Positions 28,001 to 38,971 of a stretch of DNA of 64,000 nt are shown one piece after another. Numbering within the stretch: position 1 is the first letter of the stretch; each line of letters opens with the position of its first letter. Made by a program: the position numbers and the translations under genes. The notes below the pieces were generated by a model. It was not told the DNA's origin. It did not search any database and saw only the letters and a list, made by a program, of their open reading frames with translations. Where the stretch lies: the NCBI GenBank assembly GCA_051294905.1, contig CM119379.1, positions 20,026,001 to 20,090,000 on the forward strand, read 5' to 3'. This DNA is from Botryllus schlosseri. Lineage: Eukaryota.

Positions 28001-31000
28001 TGAAGCAGTCGGAATTTACAATAGGTGGAAAGGCACATGACCCAGTACAATACCCTAACAAATACGAAGAATAGTAATATTTTGAAACGGGAATATTTTG
28101 AGATAAAACTACCAAGTACAAACAACACAATCATTACCTGAGATCCCATGAGTCCAGTTCAATTAGTCTTGCAGATGATAGCTTTCTGGGATATTTGTAT
28201 CCTTGCCGTAGGCATGTGGCATTAAGCCACATCGTAATCAAACAATCAACCGAATGTGGGCCATAATATTTGGTGCAATTTTCAGGATAAACTAACAATA
28301 AACAGATGCTCGTTACATGAAGATCGCGCACAAAATTTAATACTTTATTACCTAATCCGAAGCACTCCATTTGACTAGTGCTATCTCCATTGTCAGCATT
28401 GTCCCTTATTGTATTTGTTTCATTAATTAACTCTCTACAAAAATGGGATGTTACTGAATGTAGCATGAGGTAATATAACTGTATCTAGCATACCTCAGAT
28501 CCAGAGTATCGATACGAGCATGCTCGGTGGGAGACAGCTTCAGAGGAAAGCGCGTTCCATCAGAAAGACATTCAACACTTACCCAAATCGTTGTTAGGCA
28601 CTCAATTGGGTGTGGGCCGTAGTAATTTGTACAGTTATCGGGATAAACTGCCCAATTTAAGAAGATCATCACAGGATATGTTGAATGACGAGCAAAAAAT
28701 ATACCTACCCATCCCATAACACTTAATTTGATGAGTTACATTGCCGCTATCAGCAGCAATAGCAGAATCATTGAAGAGACTGATGAGAGCCCTGCATAAT
28801 AACAAATCGGTGTCACTAATATGATATCCAGTGTTTTTTAATAAAGTAAACAACTGTATAAAATCTCTAAGCTCGTATTGATCATTGAAATTCAAATAGT
28901 GCTCATTTTTATTGACGTTTGTGCCTCCTTGCAGCTGTGATGAAACGTATTGCAACCCTAGCTCTATGGTGTTAAGCTACAATAACATATCTACTCAATA
29001 CACAAACAATTTTTGAATTGAATAGCATTTTGGAGGTACAGAACTTCAATATGCAATTCAATAGCATATCCAAATTGAAATAAGCTCGAATATTTTTCGA
29101 CGACACTAGTCAGCAACTACCGTAATTTTCCATGTATAATGCGCAAAATTATACCGATTTTTTGCCCTAAAATAGGGGGGTGCGTATTATACATGGGTAC
29201 AGCAAGCCTTGAAAAAAAATACTTCAATCAAAAACTTGAAATCACACCTTTCTTCATGCTTGTTTAAATCGCGCATCACCTCTAGCCATTGGGCCCCGTA
29301 ATTCGTATTATCAAGTGTAACGCGCTGCCAAATAGAGAAGCGTGTTGCCAATTAACGAAAGCGTGTTTCTAATTAACGAGAGTCGTCTGCAAAGCACGCG
29401 ATCGCTTGCTGAGTTGGTTTGCCGTTTGTACGCGAGCGAAAATAGGTCGCTGATTGCTACAAGCGTGCGCGGCAATCCTTGCTGATTCATCGCGTCAACG
29501 ACAGGCCTTAACAATCGCATACACGAGAGGCCATGCGCGCAAGATATAATCGCTCGCGTAATCAGTCGCATCTCCAACTGGACTGGTACGCCCGACATAA
29601 CCGTTGGCCTGAGCAATCGCATCTGTAATTGTAATAGGCCACGTGCTCAAGATGTCGTGTGTCGCTAGCCTGAACTATCGCGCCCCGACCTCACAGGCTT
29701 TGACTTCTATCTACTCTCGTTTAGAGACAATGCCGGTAATTGTATTATGATTAGCGATCATTATGTCATGATTGTTTGACAGTGACATAGCAAAACAGAA
29801 CAACATCGAATACTAAACCGCAACTATTCATGTACTCATGTACTGCGAATGCAGAATGCGTACTATACATGGGTAGAGGCTTTTTCCCAGAATATACACG
29901 TCATTTTAAGGGTGCGTATTATAAATGGAGGCGCACTATATTCGGAAAATTACGGTAGTAGAGAATTGAATATTTGAAATTTTGAATAATCACAGTGAAT
30001 AGAGCGCTGAGACCAATGTATTCTTTAGACAGTACACGAACTCAACCAAGACTATGTCTTTAGAAGGAGTACTATAATAATACTTTAAGCTTGGCGTCCT
30101 CTTCACCCCTATTATTCAAAATTTCTTGTCGCTGCCACGTTATATTTTGTGATACAATTGTTGAGACATACAATGTTGTTTCCAATTCTCCACTAGTTTC
30201 TGAAGATCACCACTGATGAAGGTCAGCCAAAAATGTTCGGGTTCATTTCAATATGAATATTCTATCCAAATTTTATATTAACCCGCCTTATGCCCATTCC
30301 AGTGAAGGAATTGATGTCCGCAGGAGTCAATTTTGTTGGATGTCCAGTTCCTTCTGGAAGACACATCACTCTATTCCATAGTGTGGTGAGACATGCTTCT
30401 GAATAGGCACCGTAATATGAAGAACAGTTGGAAGGATACTCTGCAACAGAAGAAAAAAAGACGTAGAATTGAAGGATTAGTGAGCGTCAACAAGCCTCAC
30501 TGATTCCAAAACACAGCAATTGGCTGGTGACGTTTCCCGAATCAGCCGATGACTTAGTCCCATTGAAGTCATGGATAATTTCCCTATCAGGAAGTTTTTT
30601 TTGGATAACAAATGAAAAATCATGCATCAACTTGAGAAATTGAAATGTACCTGAGATTCATAGAATCAAGTCTCGTCAATTCACTAGGTTGTACCTTGGC
30701 CGGATATCCGTGTCCTTCAGATTTACAATGAGAATTGTTCCAGATAGTTTCGAGACACTCCAAAGCATGGGGACCGTAGTACTTAGTACAGTGCGTTGGG
30801 AATTCTAACCATCAAAATATCTCAGAATTTAAAGAGAACGGACCACTAAACAAAAGTTTACCGATTCCAAAGCAATATGTTTGATTCACCAGGCTTCCAT
30901 TATGAGCAGATTGTGCGGTCGCGTCAAAGAAGTCGGAAATCTCTCTAAGAGACCAAAATATGTTGAAATGAATAGCATGAAGATATTTCATAAACAGATC

Positions 31001-34000
31001 TCGATATAATTCAGGAGTGAATCGTATGAGGCAGTCGGAATTTACAATAGGTGGAAAGGCACATGACCCAGTACAATACCCTAACAAATACGAAGAATAG
31101 TAATATTTTGAAACGGGAATATTTTGAGATAAAACTACTAAGTACAAACAACACAATCATTACCTGAGATCCCATGAGTCCAGTTCAATTAGTCTCGCAG
31201 ATGATAGCTTTCTGGGATATTTGTATCCTTGCCATAAGCATGTGGCATTAAGCCACATTGTAACCAAACAATCAACCGAATGTGGGCCATAATATTTGGT
31301 GCAATTTTCAGGATAAACTAACAATGAACAGATGATCGTTACATGAAGATCGCACACAAAATTAAATACTTTATTACCTAATCCGAAGCACTCCATTTGA
31401 CTAGTGCTATCTCCATTGTCAGCATTGACCCTTATTGTATTTGTCTCATTAATTAACTCCCTACAAAAATGGGATGTTACTGAATGTATCAAGAGGATGT
31501 ATAACTGTATCTATCATACCTAAGATCCAGAGTATCGATACGAGCATGCTCGGTGGGGTTCAGCTTCGGAGGAAAGCGCGTTCCATCAGAAAGACATTCA
31601 ACACTTACCCAAATCGTTTTTAGGCACTCAATCGAGTGTGGGCCGTAGTAATTCGTACAGTTATCAGGATAAACTGCCCAATTTAACAAGATTATCACAG
31701 GATATGTTAAATGACTAGCAAAAAATACCTACCCATTCCATAGCACTTCATTTGATGAGTTAAATCGCCGCTATCAGCGGCAATAGCAGAATCATTGAAG
31801 AGACTGATGAGAGACCTGCATAATAACAAGTCAGTGTCACCAATATTATATTCAGTATTTTATATAAAGTGAACAGCTGTACAAAATCTCAAAGCTTGTA
31901 TGGATCATTGAAGTTAAAAGAGTGCTCATTATCATTGACTTGGTGGATCCATGCAGCTGTAATCAAACTTATTGCAACCTCGACTCTATGGTGTTAAGCT
32001 ATAATACTGGTCAACAAAATGAAAATCAAATATTGGGCAGAACATCTATGAGCCTTTTCGGGGTTTGTAAGGTGGCTGATTACGGAATATCATATAAGTT
32101 TTGCCAGATTTGCTCAACCTTAGGAAATATGTATATATCCAAAAAGACTAAATTACTGTAGTTACCACCTAAATATTTCACTTGGTAGGAATAGTATCTT
32201 CATTACCTTTATACTCCACATAAATAGAATTGACTATATAAATAACCCCCATGTCGTCCTCCATTATTCAATCAACATGAACATGGCCTGATTCGAGATC
32301 TTTGTTTGTCAAAAAAGCAGTTTGTCAAGACTAAAAACTGTACTTTTCATGACGGAAATATATTTTTCCTATACCAGATGTTGATTCTACCAAGACGAAA
32401 GAGGAGTACAATGTTATCAAATTTGTCCTTGAATTGCTTAACTACAATACTCATATGCGTCCGATCTCTCATGACAAGTAAATAGACAAATTTCTGCCGA
32501 GCCAACAAAGTGGGGATACCTAGTATCCATATCGAACAGGAATGGTGAGGCTGTTATCTTTGATGGAACTTCATATATTCAAATATGAATGAAAGAATAT
32601 AATATCATACTGTTAAAGAGCTCAGTGCATGGAATTTATATCAAGCGTTGTGAAAGATCACAAACCACCCAACTAAAAACAGTTGGCCTGAAAATTGGTA
32701 TCTGCATATGGAAAACTTGAAGCAAACATGAGCATTCAACTCCATCTCCTGCTCAGTCATCTTGATATACTTTCTGATCATCTTGATGATTAGAGTGAAG
32801 AGTGGGGCGAAAGGTTCCACCCAGACATCAAAACAACAAAAGAAAGATATCAGGGACGATGAGATGAACTTATTATCGCAGACTATTGCAGGACCCTTTC
32901 GAATGACTACACTAAATTGATAACTGGCAAAAATCATACAAAAAACAACTTTATTGAGATAAATGATTATTAATATAAATTGAAACTTATTATTTGGAAT
33001 TTACAATAGGTAGGTAACATAAAACTGATTGAACTAATGTAATTTTTCCTGATAATTCAGGTAAATACGTACATATATAGAATAGACGTTTATTTAGGAA
33101 CATGATATCCATGAAAGCATTCAACTCGGAAAAATCGAATGCCCCCAAATATATTAAATTTCTGAACTTTATAATACAACTGAGATCTTTTTTTCATCAG
33201 TCCATACAGCGAAAATATGAGATTTTAGTGAAAAATAGCCCCATATGTCGTCTCCAAAACAAGAGCCAATGTAAAAAAACTAAGGCCATATTCAGAATCA
33301 GTGCCCTTCAGAATACCCCAAACCACTCATAGTTTGTCTGTCTAAAAATATGTTCTGACCAGTGTGATATATCTATTCAATACAATTTTTAATACAATAT
33401 TTAAATTGAAGAGCATTTTGAAGGTACAGAACTTCAATATACAATTCAATAGTATATATGAATAGAAATGAATCCTAATATTTTCGGATGAAACTAGTCA
33501 GCTACTAGTAAAGAATTGAAAAATTGAAATTTCGAATAATCACAGCGAAGAGAGCGCAAAGCTCAATGCAGTCTTTTTAGATGGTACACGAACTCCAACC
33601 AAGCCTGCGCTAACAGGAGTTCATGTACCTTCTAAAAATAGTACTTTGAGCTCAGCGTTCTCTTCACCCCGATTATTCAAAATTTCATGTCGGTGCGACG
33701 TTATACTTTGTGATACAAATGTTGAGATATACAATGTTGTTTACAATTCTCTACTAGTTGCTGACGATTATCCCTGACAAGTGTCAGCCGAAGATGTCCG
33801 GTTTCATTTCAATATGAATATTCTATTCAAATTTTATATTAACCCGCCTTATGCCCATTCCAGTGAAGGAATTGATGTCCGCAGGAGTCAATTTTGTTGG
33901 ATGTCCAGTTCCTTCTGGAAGACACATCACTCTATTCCATAGTGTGGTGAGACATGCTTCTGAATAGGCACCGTAATATGAAGAACAGTTGGAAGGATAC

Positions 34001-35207
34001 TCTGAAACATAAAAAACTGATGCAGAATTGAAATATGAGTGAGCTTCAACAAGCCTCACTGATTCCAAAACACAGCAATTGGCTGGTGACGTTTCCAGAA
34101 TCAGCCGACAACTTGGTCCCATTGAATTCGTTGATAATTTCTCTATGAGGAAGTTTTTCCAGGATAATAAATGAAAAACCATACATCAATTTGAGAAATT
34201 GAAATGTACCTGAGATTCACAGAATCAAGTCTCGTCAATTCACTAGGTTGTAGCTTGGTCGGATATCCGTGTCCTTCAGATTTACAATGAGAATTGTTCC
34301 AGATAGTTTCGAGACATTCCAAAGCATGGGGACCATAGTACTTTGTACAGTGCGTTGGGAATTCTATCCATCAAAATATCACAGAATATAAAGACAACTG
34401 ACCACTAAACAAAAGTTTACCGATTCCAAAGCAATATGTTTGATTCACAAGACTTCCACTGTCAGCTGACATAGCAGTCGCATTGAAGAATCCAGATAGT
34501 TGTCTGAAAATAATCGCTACAGCTCGAATCATGCTTACAAAAATTCAAGAAGACACCAAAACCTGATATTCCAAGTGTCCAATTCCTTCAACCGCTTGTT
34601 TGATAACTTTCTTGGATATTTATATCCTTCTTCAAGGCAAGTTGCAGTTGTCCATATTGTCACCAAGCATTCCACTGGATGAGGACCGTAGTATTTCGTA
34701 CAACCGTCAGGGTAAACTTCAAAATATTCAGTTTTAGAAGAAGAGTTTTGATATTATAATTAAAAGTTTACCAAGACCAAAGCAGTCAACTTGACTCTTT
34801 TTGTTAGCATCATCAGCTGAATACCTTGTGTACTCAGTTTCATTTATGACTTGCCTAAAACATACACACACGATATAATATCACATCATCAGCGACTACA
34901 AGAACTGCTTGCCTCAAGTTCAGGTTATCAATACGTGCATGTTCAGGCGCAGGCAATTTCACAGGAAAACGGGCTCCTTCAGCCAAACATTCAACAATGT
35001 CCCATATTGTCTCCAAACATGCTGTTGGGTGCGGGCCATAATATTTCTCGCATTCATCGGGAAACACTGCATAAAACTGTCAATGGATCCAAATAGAACA
35101 TAGTATTGAAGTCATAATATCTACCCATTCCGTAGCATTGCATTTGATGAGTCCCATTTCCGTCGTTGGCCTCGAATGCAGAATTATTGAAAAGAAGGCC
35201 CAAGGCT
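648..35207 (-). CDS. Giant multi-exon secreted-type protein, block I: 45 canonical + 3 divergent 4-Cys repeats, C-type lectin domains, ricin-type Cys-rich domain, Link-like domain. 5' end unresolved.
   Basis: Manually spliced exons have canonical acceptors and donors and matching intron phases through the C-terminal region and the repeat exons I translated. Stop TGA at 648-650. No in-frame stops seen in those exons. One acceptor in CTLD-3 is ambiguous. Confidence 0.85.
1231..1959 (-). CDS. Four exons (1845-1959, 1662-1789, 1407-1534, 1231-1345): ricin-B / mannose-receptor-type cysteine-rich (beta-trefoil) domain
   Basis: Spliced: KRRCLYG...KSCEYNDLGGLEWVWVSTYHLMHVQTGLCLTAP...VLNCNYTDELQHWTCRSK...MYQTTTTRYLCDEW. 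Cys spacing, the WVS..LM.V...LCL segment and a QxW motif match the CysR domain of the mannose receptor family. Exon lengths fit the phases. Confidence 0.8.
2045..2622 (-). CDS. N-terminal half of a C-type lectin domain (CTLD-5); exons 2481-2622, 2329-2421, 2045-2169
   Basis: Spliced: NCDYPVSHDYFHRDMCVYL...YQKAKSNCASFGSRLMAIPDNVTGEFF...FWIGLEDR...NWVWNVNG. No C-terminal CTLD half follows. Confidence 0.7.
2693..3351 (-). CDS. C-type lectin domain CTLD-4 (exons 3202-3351, 3059-3145, 2693-2881)
   Basis: LTYQQASAYCVRNDAVL...HWWIGMDDIGAEGTFMWITG...DCVAMDPETNMQWFEESCSTKYSFICMK. WIG motif and Cys pattern present; no EPN/QPD. Confidence 0.85.
3409..3697 (-). CDS. Divergent 4-Cys repeat D1 between lectin domains (exons 3630-3697, 3409-3565)
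   Basis: ELLPGCTYNPPLPDECVNNTFVE|AGCEKKGHG...LLNVFKDIKAHAD...EMCYPP. Same four-Cys spacing as the array; phases 1-0-1. Confidence 0.7.
4120..4260. repeat. Dispersed intronic repeat; second diverged copy at ~11345-11470
   Basis: TCATTCAGTGTGCATGCC...TAGGCCCGGGTGGGTGTC...GACTACTCC aligns by eye with TCATTCACTGCGCATGCC...TAGGCCAAGGTGGGTGTC...GACAACTCC. Confidence 0.6.
4523..4684 (-). CDS. C-terminal half of CTLD-2, carrying EPN and WND motifs
   Basis: 162-nt phase 1-1 exon: GTYPFENWHLQGHRYAEPNNAWCDEQCGGIKLLVDPPMWNDYHCIKRFPFICET. Confidence 0.85.
4768..5459 (-). CDS. C-type lectin domain CTLD-3, lying between the two halves of CTLD-2
   Basis: FDDSSATCENINGTLANIDSEEINNAI ... YTNWRVRSDPDGD...HCAAINHEMKWIDINCQTRLPLMCEK. 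Internal splice sites near 4957-5100 are ambiguous. Confidence 0.75.
5524..6478 (-). CDS. N-terminal half of CTLD-2 (exons 6383-6478, 6234-6326, 5524-5616)
   Basis: IPWQGAADYCEHAWGMLAMPKDQKKMDFL...AIWIGMSDLNEEGVWKFRDNSTVNFSLNLG. The last exon ends at an AG|GCAAGT (GC-type) donor. Confidence 0.8.
6951..7750 (-). CDS. C-type lectin domain CTLD-1 (exons 7641-7750, 7208-7316, 6951-7127)
   Basis: KTYIEAMEYCRSMNSLM...RWWLGLDDLRTEGDFLWAN...RHCGTFGTADNFTWSLRDCNETYPVMCMD. Exon lengths fit the phases. Confidence 0.85.
7144..7156 (+). repeat. G13 homopolymer (poly-C on the transcribed strand) in a CTLD-1 intron
   Basis: Directly visible run of G. Confidence 0.9.
7812..8102 (-). CDS. Divergent 4-Cys repeat D2 (exons 8035-8102, 7812-7971)
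   Basis: FPLSCKYKPRHNLTCLEDLYVY|IGCNIVEG...NLWIVINEFRDIKTQAD...EACYPP. Same 68-nt first exon and phases as D1. Confidence 0.75.
8214..8429 (-). CDS. Divergent 4-Cys repeat D3, a single 216-nt exon
   Basis: EGCPYWPIHSNSCLHLMWVNITECIPMGLGYPLSL...VQMECYGF. Phase 1-1, no internal intron. Confidence 0.7.
8489..16082 (-). CDS. Repeat units 1-10: individually diverged A+B exon pairs nearest the lectin head
   Basis: A exons near 8747, 9822, 10636, 11980, 12351, 12903, 13258, 14070, 14887 and 15929 (e.g. VYPDGCEKYYGPHPMECLETVWNSSSC...), each with an 83-89-nt B exon (e.g. SELIDLYNNTAAQANNGSVEDQLDCFGM). Confidence 0.85.
9262..9405 (-). mobile_element. Truncated inverted copy of the 185-617 MITE family
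   Basis: CAGGGCTGTAACCAATTCACAAGGCTCCG... and GAGTCCGAGTCATGGTATTATGACT match the reverse complement of the right end of 185-617. Confidence 0.75.
16149..25602 (-). CDS. Repeat units 11-31: E-T-H-G higher-order repeat with internal (T-H)n expansions
   Basis: 21 A exons of ~154 nt and 21 B exons of ~83 nt, with conserved YYG[PAG], Cys, Trp, [YF]PxK[LI] motifs and AG|GT phase-2 donors. Confidence 0.9.
22100..22609. mobile_element. Probable hAT-like insertion remnant
   Basis: About 500 bp absent from the paralogous intron at 21260-21370. Ends in GTTTGGCTACCCCTG, a hAT-type right TIR. Left TIR and TSD not found. Confidence 0.5.
25658..34420. repeat. Recent tandem triplication of a ~2.2-kb tetramer (25658-27835, 27836-30861, 30862-34420)
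   Basis: Exons and introns are near-identical between copies. Copy 2 exceeds copy 1 by ~850 bp, matching the 838-bp insertion including its TSD. Copy 3 carries ~1.4 kb of extra intron sequence. Confidence 0.9.
25658..35207 (-). CDS. Repeat units 32-45: three near-identical tetramers, two units of a 'starter'-type tetramer, and its leading B exon (35125-35207)
   Basis: A exons near 25959, 26315, 27257, 27625, 28138, 28493, 30283, 30651, 31164, 31519, 33849, 34210, 34563 and 34913. Reading frames are open in those translated. Confidence 0.9.
29120..29955. mobile_element. Non-autonomous Tc1/mariner-pogo-like element, TA TSD
   Basis: TIRs CCGTAATTTTCC / GGAAAATTACGG flanked by duplicated TA. 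Empty sites visible in the paralogous introns (26931-26940; ~33501-33510). Confidence 0.9.
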
Positions 35208-37318
35208 CTGAAGAAATAAAGTGAAATTGGTGCAAACCAAGTCTTACAAAATGCTGAAATTAAATGTGTACATAAAACAGAAAATACAAACGAAACACTC
35301 ATCAGATAAAGTTCGAGATAGAAGCCGGCAACACAATGGTATGGAAAACGAGAATAAATGGTTGCAATATTTCAACATTTCTTCATCAGAATCAAAGCTG
35401 GAAATCACTCTTCAGACGTGAGAACTAAATCTCAGAGGATCAATATTTCCAGGACTTCCTCCAAGTCACATGAATTAGATATCCGTTCATCTTCTGTTTT
35501 CGAAGGGGCACATCAGAAGGCAGCAGACATGTGCACCAGGTCATCAATTCCTAATTCGCAAGCTTCATGCGGTTGCTTGTATGGCTCTTGGCGTTAAGTT
35601 GCTGAAGTCTTTCTAAGTCGTAACGCTGCATAACCCTATGTATTCACTCTATTGACACAGCGCGCTCTGTCTTGAAAAATACACTAATTACAGAAACAAC
35701 ATCTTGGGTTCTTGGACTCTGACTGAGTGATCCCAAACTACACTTTCACTGGTTTCTAAAGAGGCTATGCAACTAGTACCATAGAAATAAATCATAGAAT
35801 TCGAAAATTGATTGTGCAATTCTGTAATAGAAAACAATTATCATTCATGAGTAAATGTTGAGTAATAAAGTAAAGTAAATAGGAATCATGTTTCATGGGA
35901 GTCCTGAGACTAAGCAACCTCTCCAAACCATTCTAGGTTTGCTTTGTACTGTATACTCTTGAATACTCAATACTAATCAAATATAGTACTCATATATAGT
36001 GTTTTGATAAACAAATTCACATATATCTAGAGTAGCGTTTCTTACACTTTTCCGAACAAGTACCACCAATTTGTATTTTACTGCGCTGCGTACCACGATG
36101 CTCCTGAATGACCAATACCGATATTTATAAGTTATTGACATTGTGATTAAATTCGATAGATGCAACTGTTTCTTTTGCAAAAGCATGTCAATCCAGAGTG
36201 TGACATTCTTACAGTAGAGAATGTAGAGGGCTTGTTCTGGCAAACGAGGATGTCTTTTCTGCATGATTCAGATGCCGTTCAAGGTGCCTTTTTAAGAAGC
36301 TTGAACTCATGGCCTCGTTAAAACAGGTTTTAATACAAACCACAAACATCATTCTTCGTATTTGGTTGCGATGAATCCATACTTTTTGTGTTCTGGATTA
36401 TAGTTTCATTCCGACATGCTGCATACTGTACTAATGAATTAGTCAGTTGGTCATAGTAGCGTATTTAGTCAATCTCATTAGTTGCTTAGTTTTCTATGTT
36501 TTGACGCCACTGCTGACATGATTCTTATATTGTGTATTCACAGTGGTTTTAGCTACAGCAAATTGAAGAATAAGTACAATTAACAAAATCGCCGTACTTT
36601 TCGTGTACCATTGCAAAGGTCTCGTGTACCACAATTTGAATTCCACTGACCAGTGTTCCTTGACCTTTCTAGCCCTTGTACCTCTTCTGTTTCCAATATA
36701 ATTTCTCGCACACACTGTCTATGATCGGAACAGCATTTAGTCAGACCACAACCAAATTCTGGTCTTGAGCCCACATTGGGTTCTGAACATAACTTCTGAA
36801 ACAGACCATTTTCGCGCTACCATTTATGCAGGAGATTCAAAAATTAATACATTCTTTCGGTATTGAATTAAGGTCGGGATTACTCAATTCAAGACCTTAA
36901 TACTTCTCCATTTATTTCCATTTTTGTCATACCCAAGCTAATGAAGAATTTTTTTTAAATGATTGAATAAATTCTACCAAATACATTGGTACTTATATAT
37001 ATGACCATTCATTTTTTATCCTCTCACAGCGCATGTGATCAGATTTTCCGTTGACTGGTAGAGGTGATGGAGGTGATGACTTCAAAAATTTGGGGTACAA
37101 CTTTGTCCATCTTAGGCCATGTTCTATTTTTCATGACACACAGTTATTTGTGAGTATGCATTGTTAGTAATTACTTTGTCGAAGCACGTTTATTTCGGGA
37201 AGGATTGTTGCTACTTAATGATATTGATATCACTCACACGTACTTGGCCAAACTTACAATAAAATTCATTCGCATTTGCATCACAGGGTTAGTGCCAGGC
37301 GATATCACTAGTAATTAG

Positions 37319-38971
37319 TAGGGCAAGTTTTTGCCACTTTTGCCACTTTTTTTTACAGCTTCCAGCAGATTCCTAATTACTCAAAAGTTGTGCAGTATGG
37401 CGTTCTAAGCTGTGTGGAGGAATCTTATATTGCAACTATTGGCAACTTTCCTCCATTTTTTTCATGCAACTTATTGCAATTTTTCAATTCTTCATGTTAC
37501 TCTTTTTCGTTTTTTCATGCAACTTTTTTCGATTTTTCATGCAACTAATATTTGGAACCATAGGCGCCGGACGCTAATTTTTCTTAGGTATGCGGGTTTG
37601 ATGACGTCACAAAGGTATGGCGTGATAATGTGACATAATTGATAATTAGGGTTAATATAGCATCGATTCATTGGGGTAAAATGCATGCGTAAATGCCGAT
37701 TATACAATCTCCACGTGTCGACGAACTTACTCGTATGGTAAGCTTGTCAACGAGTCCGGAAGTGCTGTCAAACTGTCAATTACCGAGTTCATTAAATCTC
37801 GCGAACAATTAAATACGCCGCTTATAAACACGTACTACGTAACCTCGTCGACGATTTTCGCAAGTATAAATGTCCGAATTGTTATGGAATCTGTTCTATC
37901 ATGGCACCGATTTCAGGTGGTTCAAACCTTTCTCGTCGTACACAACTCAAGCCTTGACACACATCTTCTGAAGGTTATGTTCAAGTACTAGCGGAATTCA
38001 ATTACGCATGCACGCCTGCACCATCGCACATGTCTGTGGACATTCGATGTCTCGCTAATAAGCATACACTTAAAGGTATTGTCTCCAAGCCATTGAGAGA
38101 TAGAGGCCAAAGCATGCTAGGCCTTAGACGCGATAGTTGGCCAGCGATAATATCTTTTGTACCCGGCGTATTGCAGATGCGATTGTGTAGGCTTGCGACG
38201 ATATCGTGCACAGCACACCAAGTCAATGCAGATGCGATTGTGCAGGTCAACGTGGTATAGTGCGCACCGGGCCTATTGCAGACGCGATTCTTCAAGCCAG
38301 AGGAACTAGGCTTGCTGAAGACGAGATAAATCAGGCCAGTGAAGATTGCCAAGCGCACGGCAATGAATGACCTAATTTTGCGACCATCTCAACAGGAGAT
38401 CGCGTCGCGCGATATTATGCACAGACGAATCTTGCTAATTGGCAACACGCTTCTCGCTAATTGGTCGTGCTCACCGGGTTACCTCGCTCACATAAGCGGC
38501 AGTAGATAATCTCGTTAACATATTTACATCGCGATTTGTTCGAAATAGCACAATTGACGACCATGCCGATACATGGCTAACGGAATTCTAGGTATGCCGC
38601 ATACCTACAAAAATGTCTAGGTATGCGCTGCATACCTTGCATACCCAGGTTCGGCGCCCATGTTTGGAACAATAGGCTATGTAAATACATCGCTTGATTA
38701 TTTCACTGACGTTTAATTATATTTTCACCGGGTCAAATTTTTCAGGTGATTGATTTTTTTGGAGTCGCCAAAGCTGAGTTTTGCTACGGTGCCTTGCATA
38801 CGGGTCGGTTTGAGTACCGTATCTTATACCCTACTAATTTCAAGGAACTTGTCCATAAATGGAAATTTTGAGTGTAACTTTTGTGCAAAATGAATGCGAC
38901 TTTTTAATGCAACTTTTGTGAAAAATAAATGCAACTTTTCATGGATTTGACTGCAACAAAAACTTGCCCTA
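37319..38971. mobile_element. Outer hAT-like MITE (host of a nested element)
   Basis: TIRs TAGGGCAAGTTTTTG / CAAAAACTTGCCCTA. TSD GTAATTAG / GTAATCAG (1 mismatch). ATGCAACTT subterminal repeats on both sides. Confidence 0.85.
37559..38662. mobile_element. Inner non-autonomous DNA transposon nested in 37319-38971
   Basis: TIRs CATAGGCGCCG / CGGCGCCCATG (1 mismatch). Perfect 8-bp TSD TTTGGAAC (37551-37558, 38663-38670). Subterminal GGTATGC/GCATACC repeats. Confidence 0.85.

Noticed and set aside
29311-29622. ORFs inside MITEs (also 38002-38358) as transposase fragments
   Set aside because: No DDE or DNA-binding motifs; the frames are open because of higher GC content.
36580-36790. Cys-rich minus-strand frame (CGLTKCC...NCGTRDLCNG), reminiscent of a Ly6/three-finger ending
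   Set aside because: Cys spacing does not fit the family and no partner exons were found. Only RNA-seq could rescue it as an exon.
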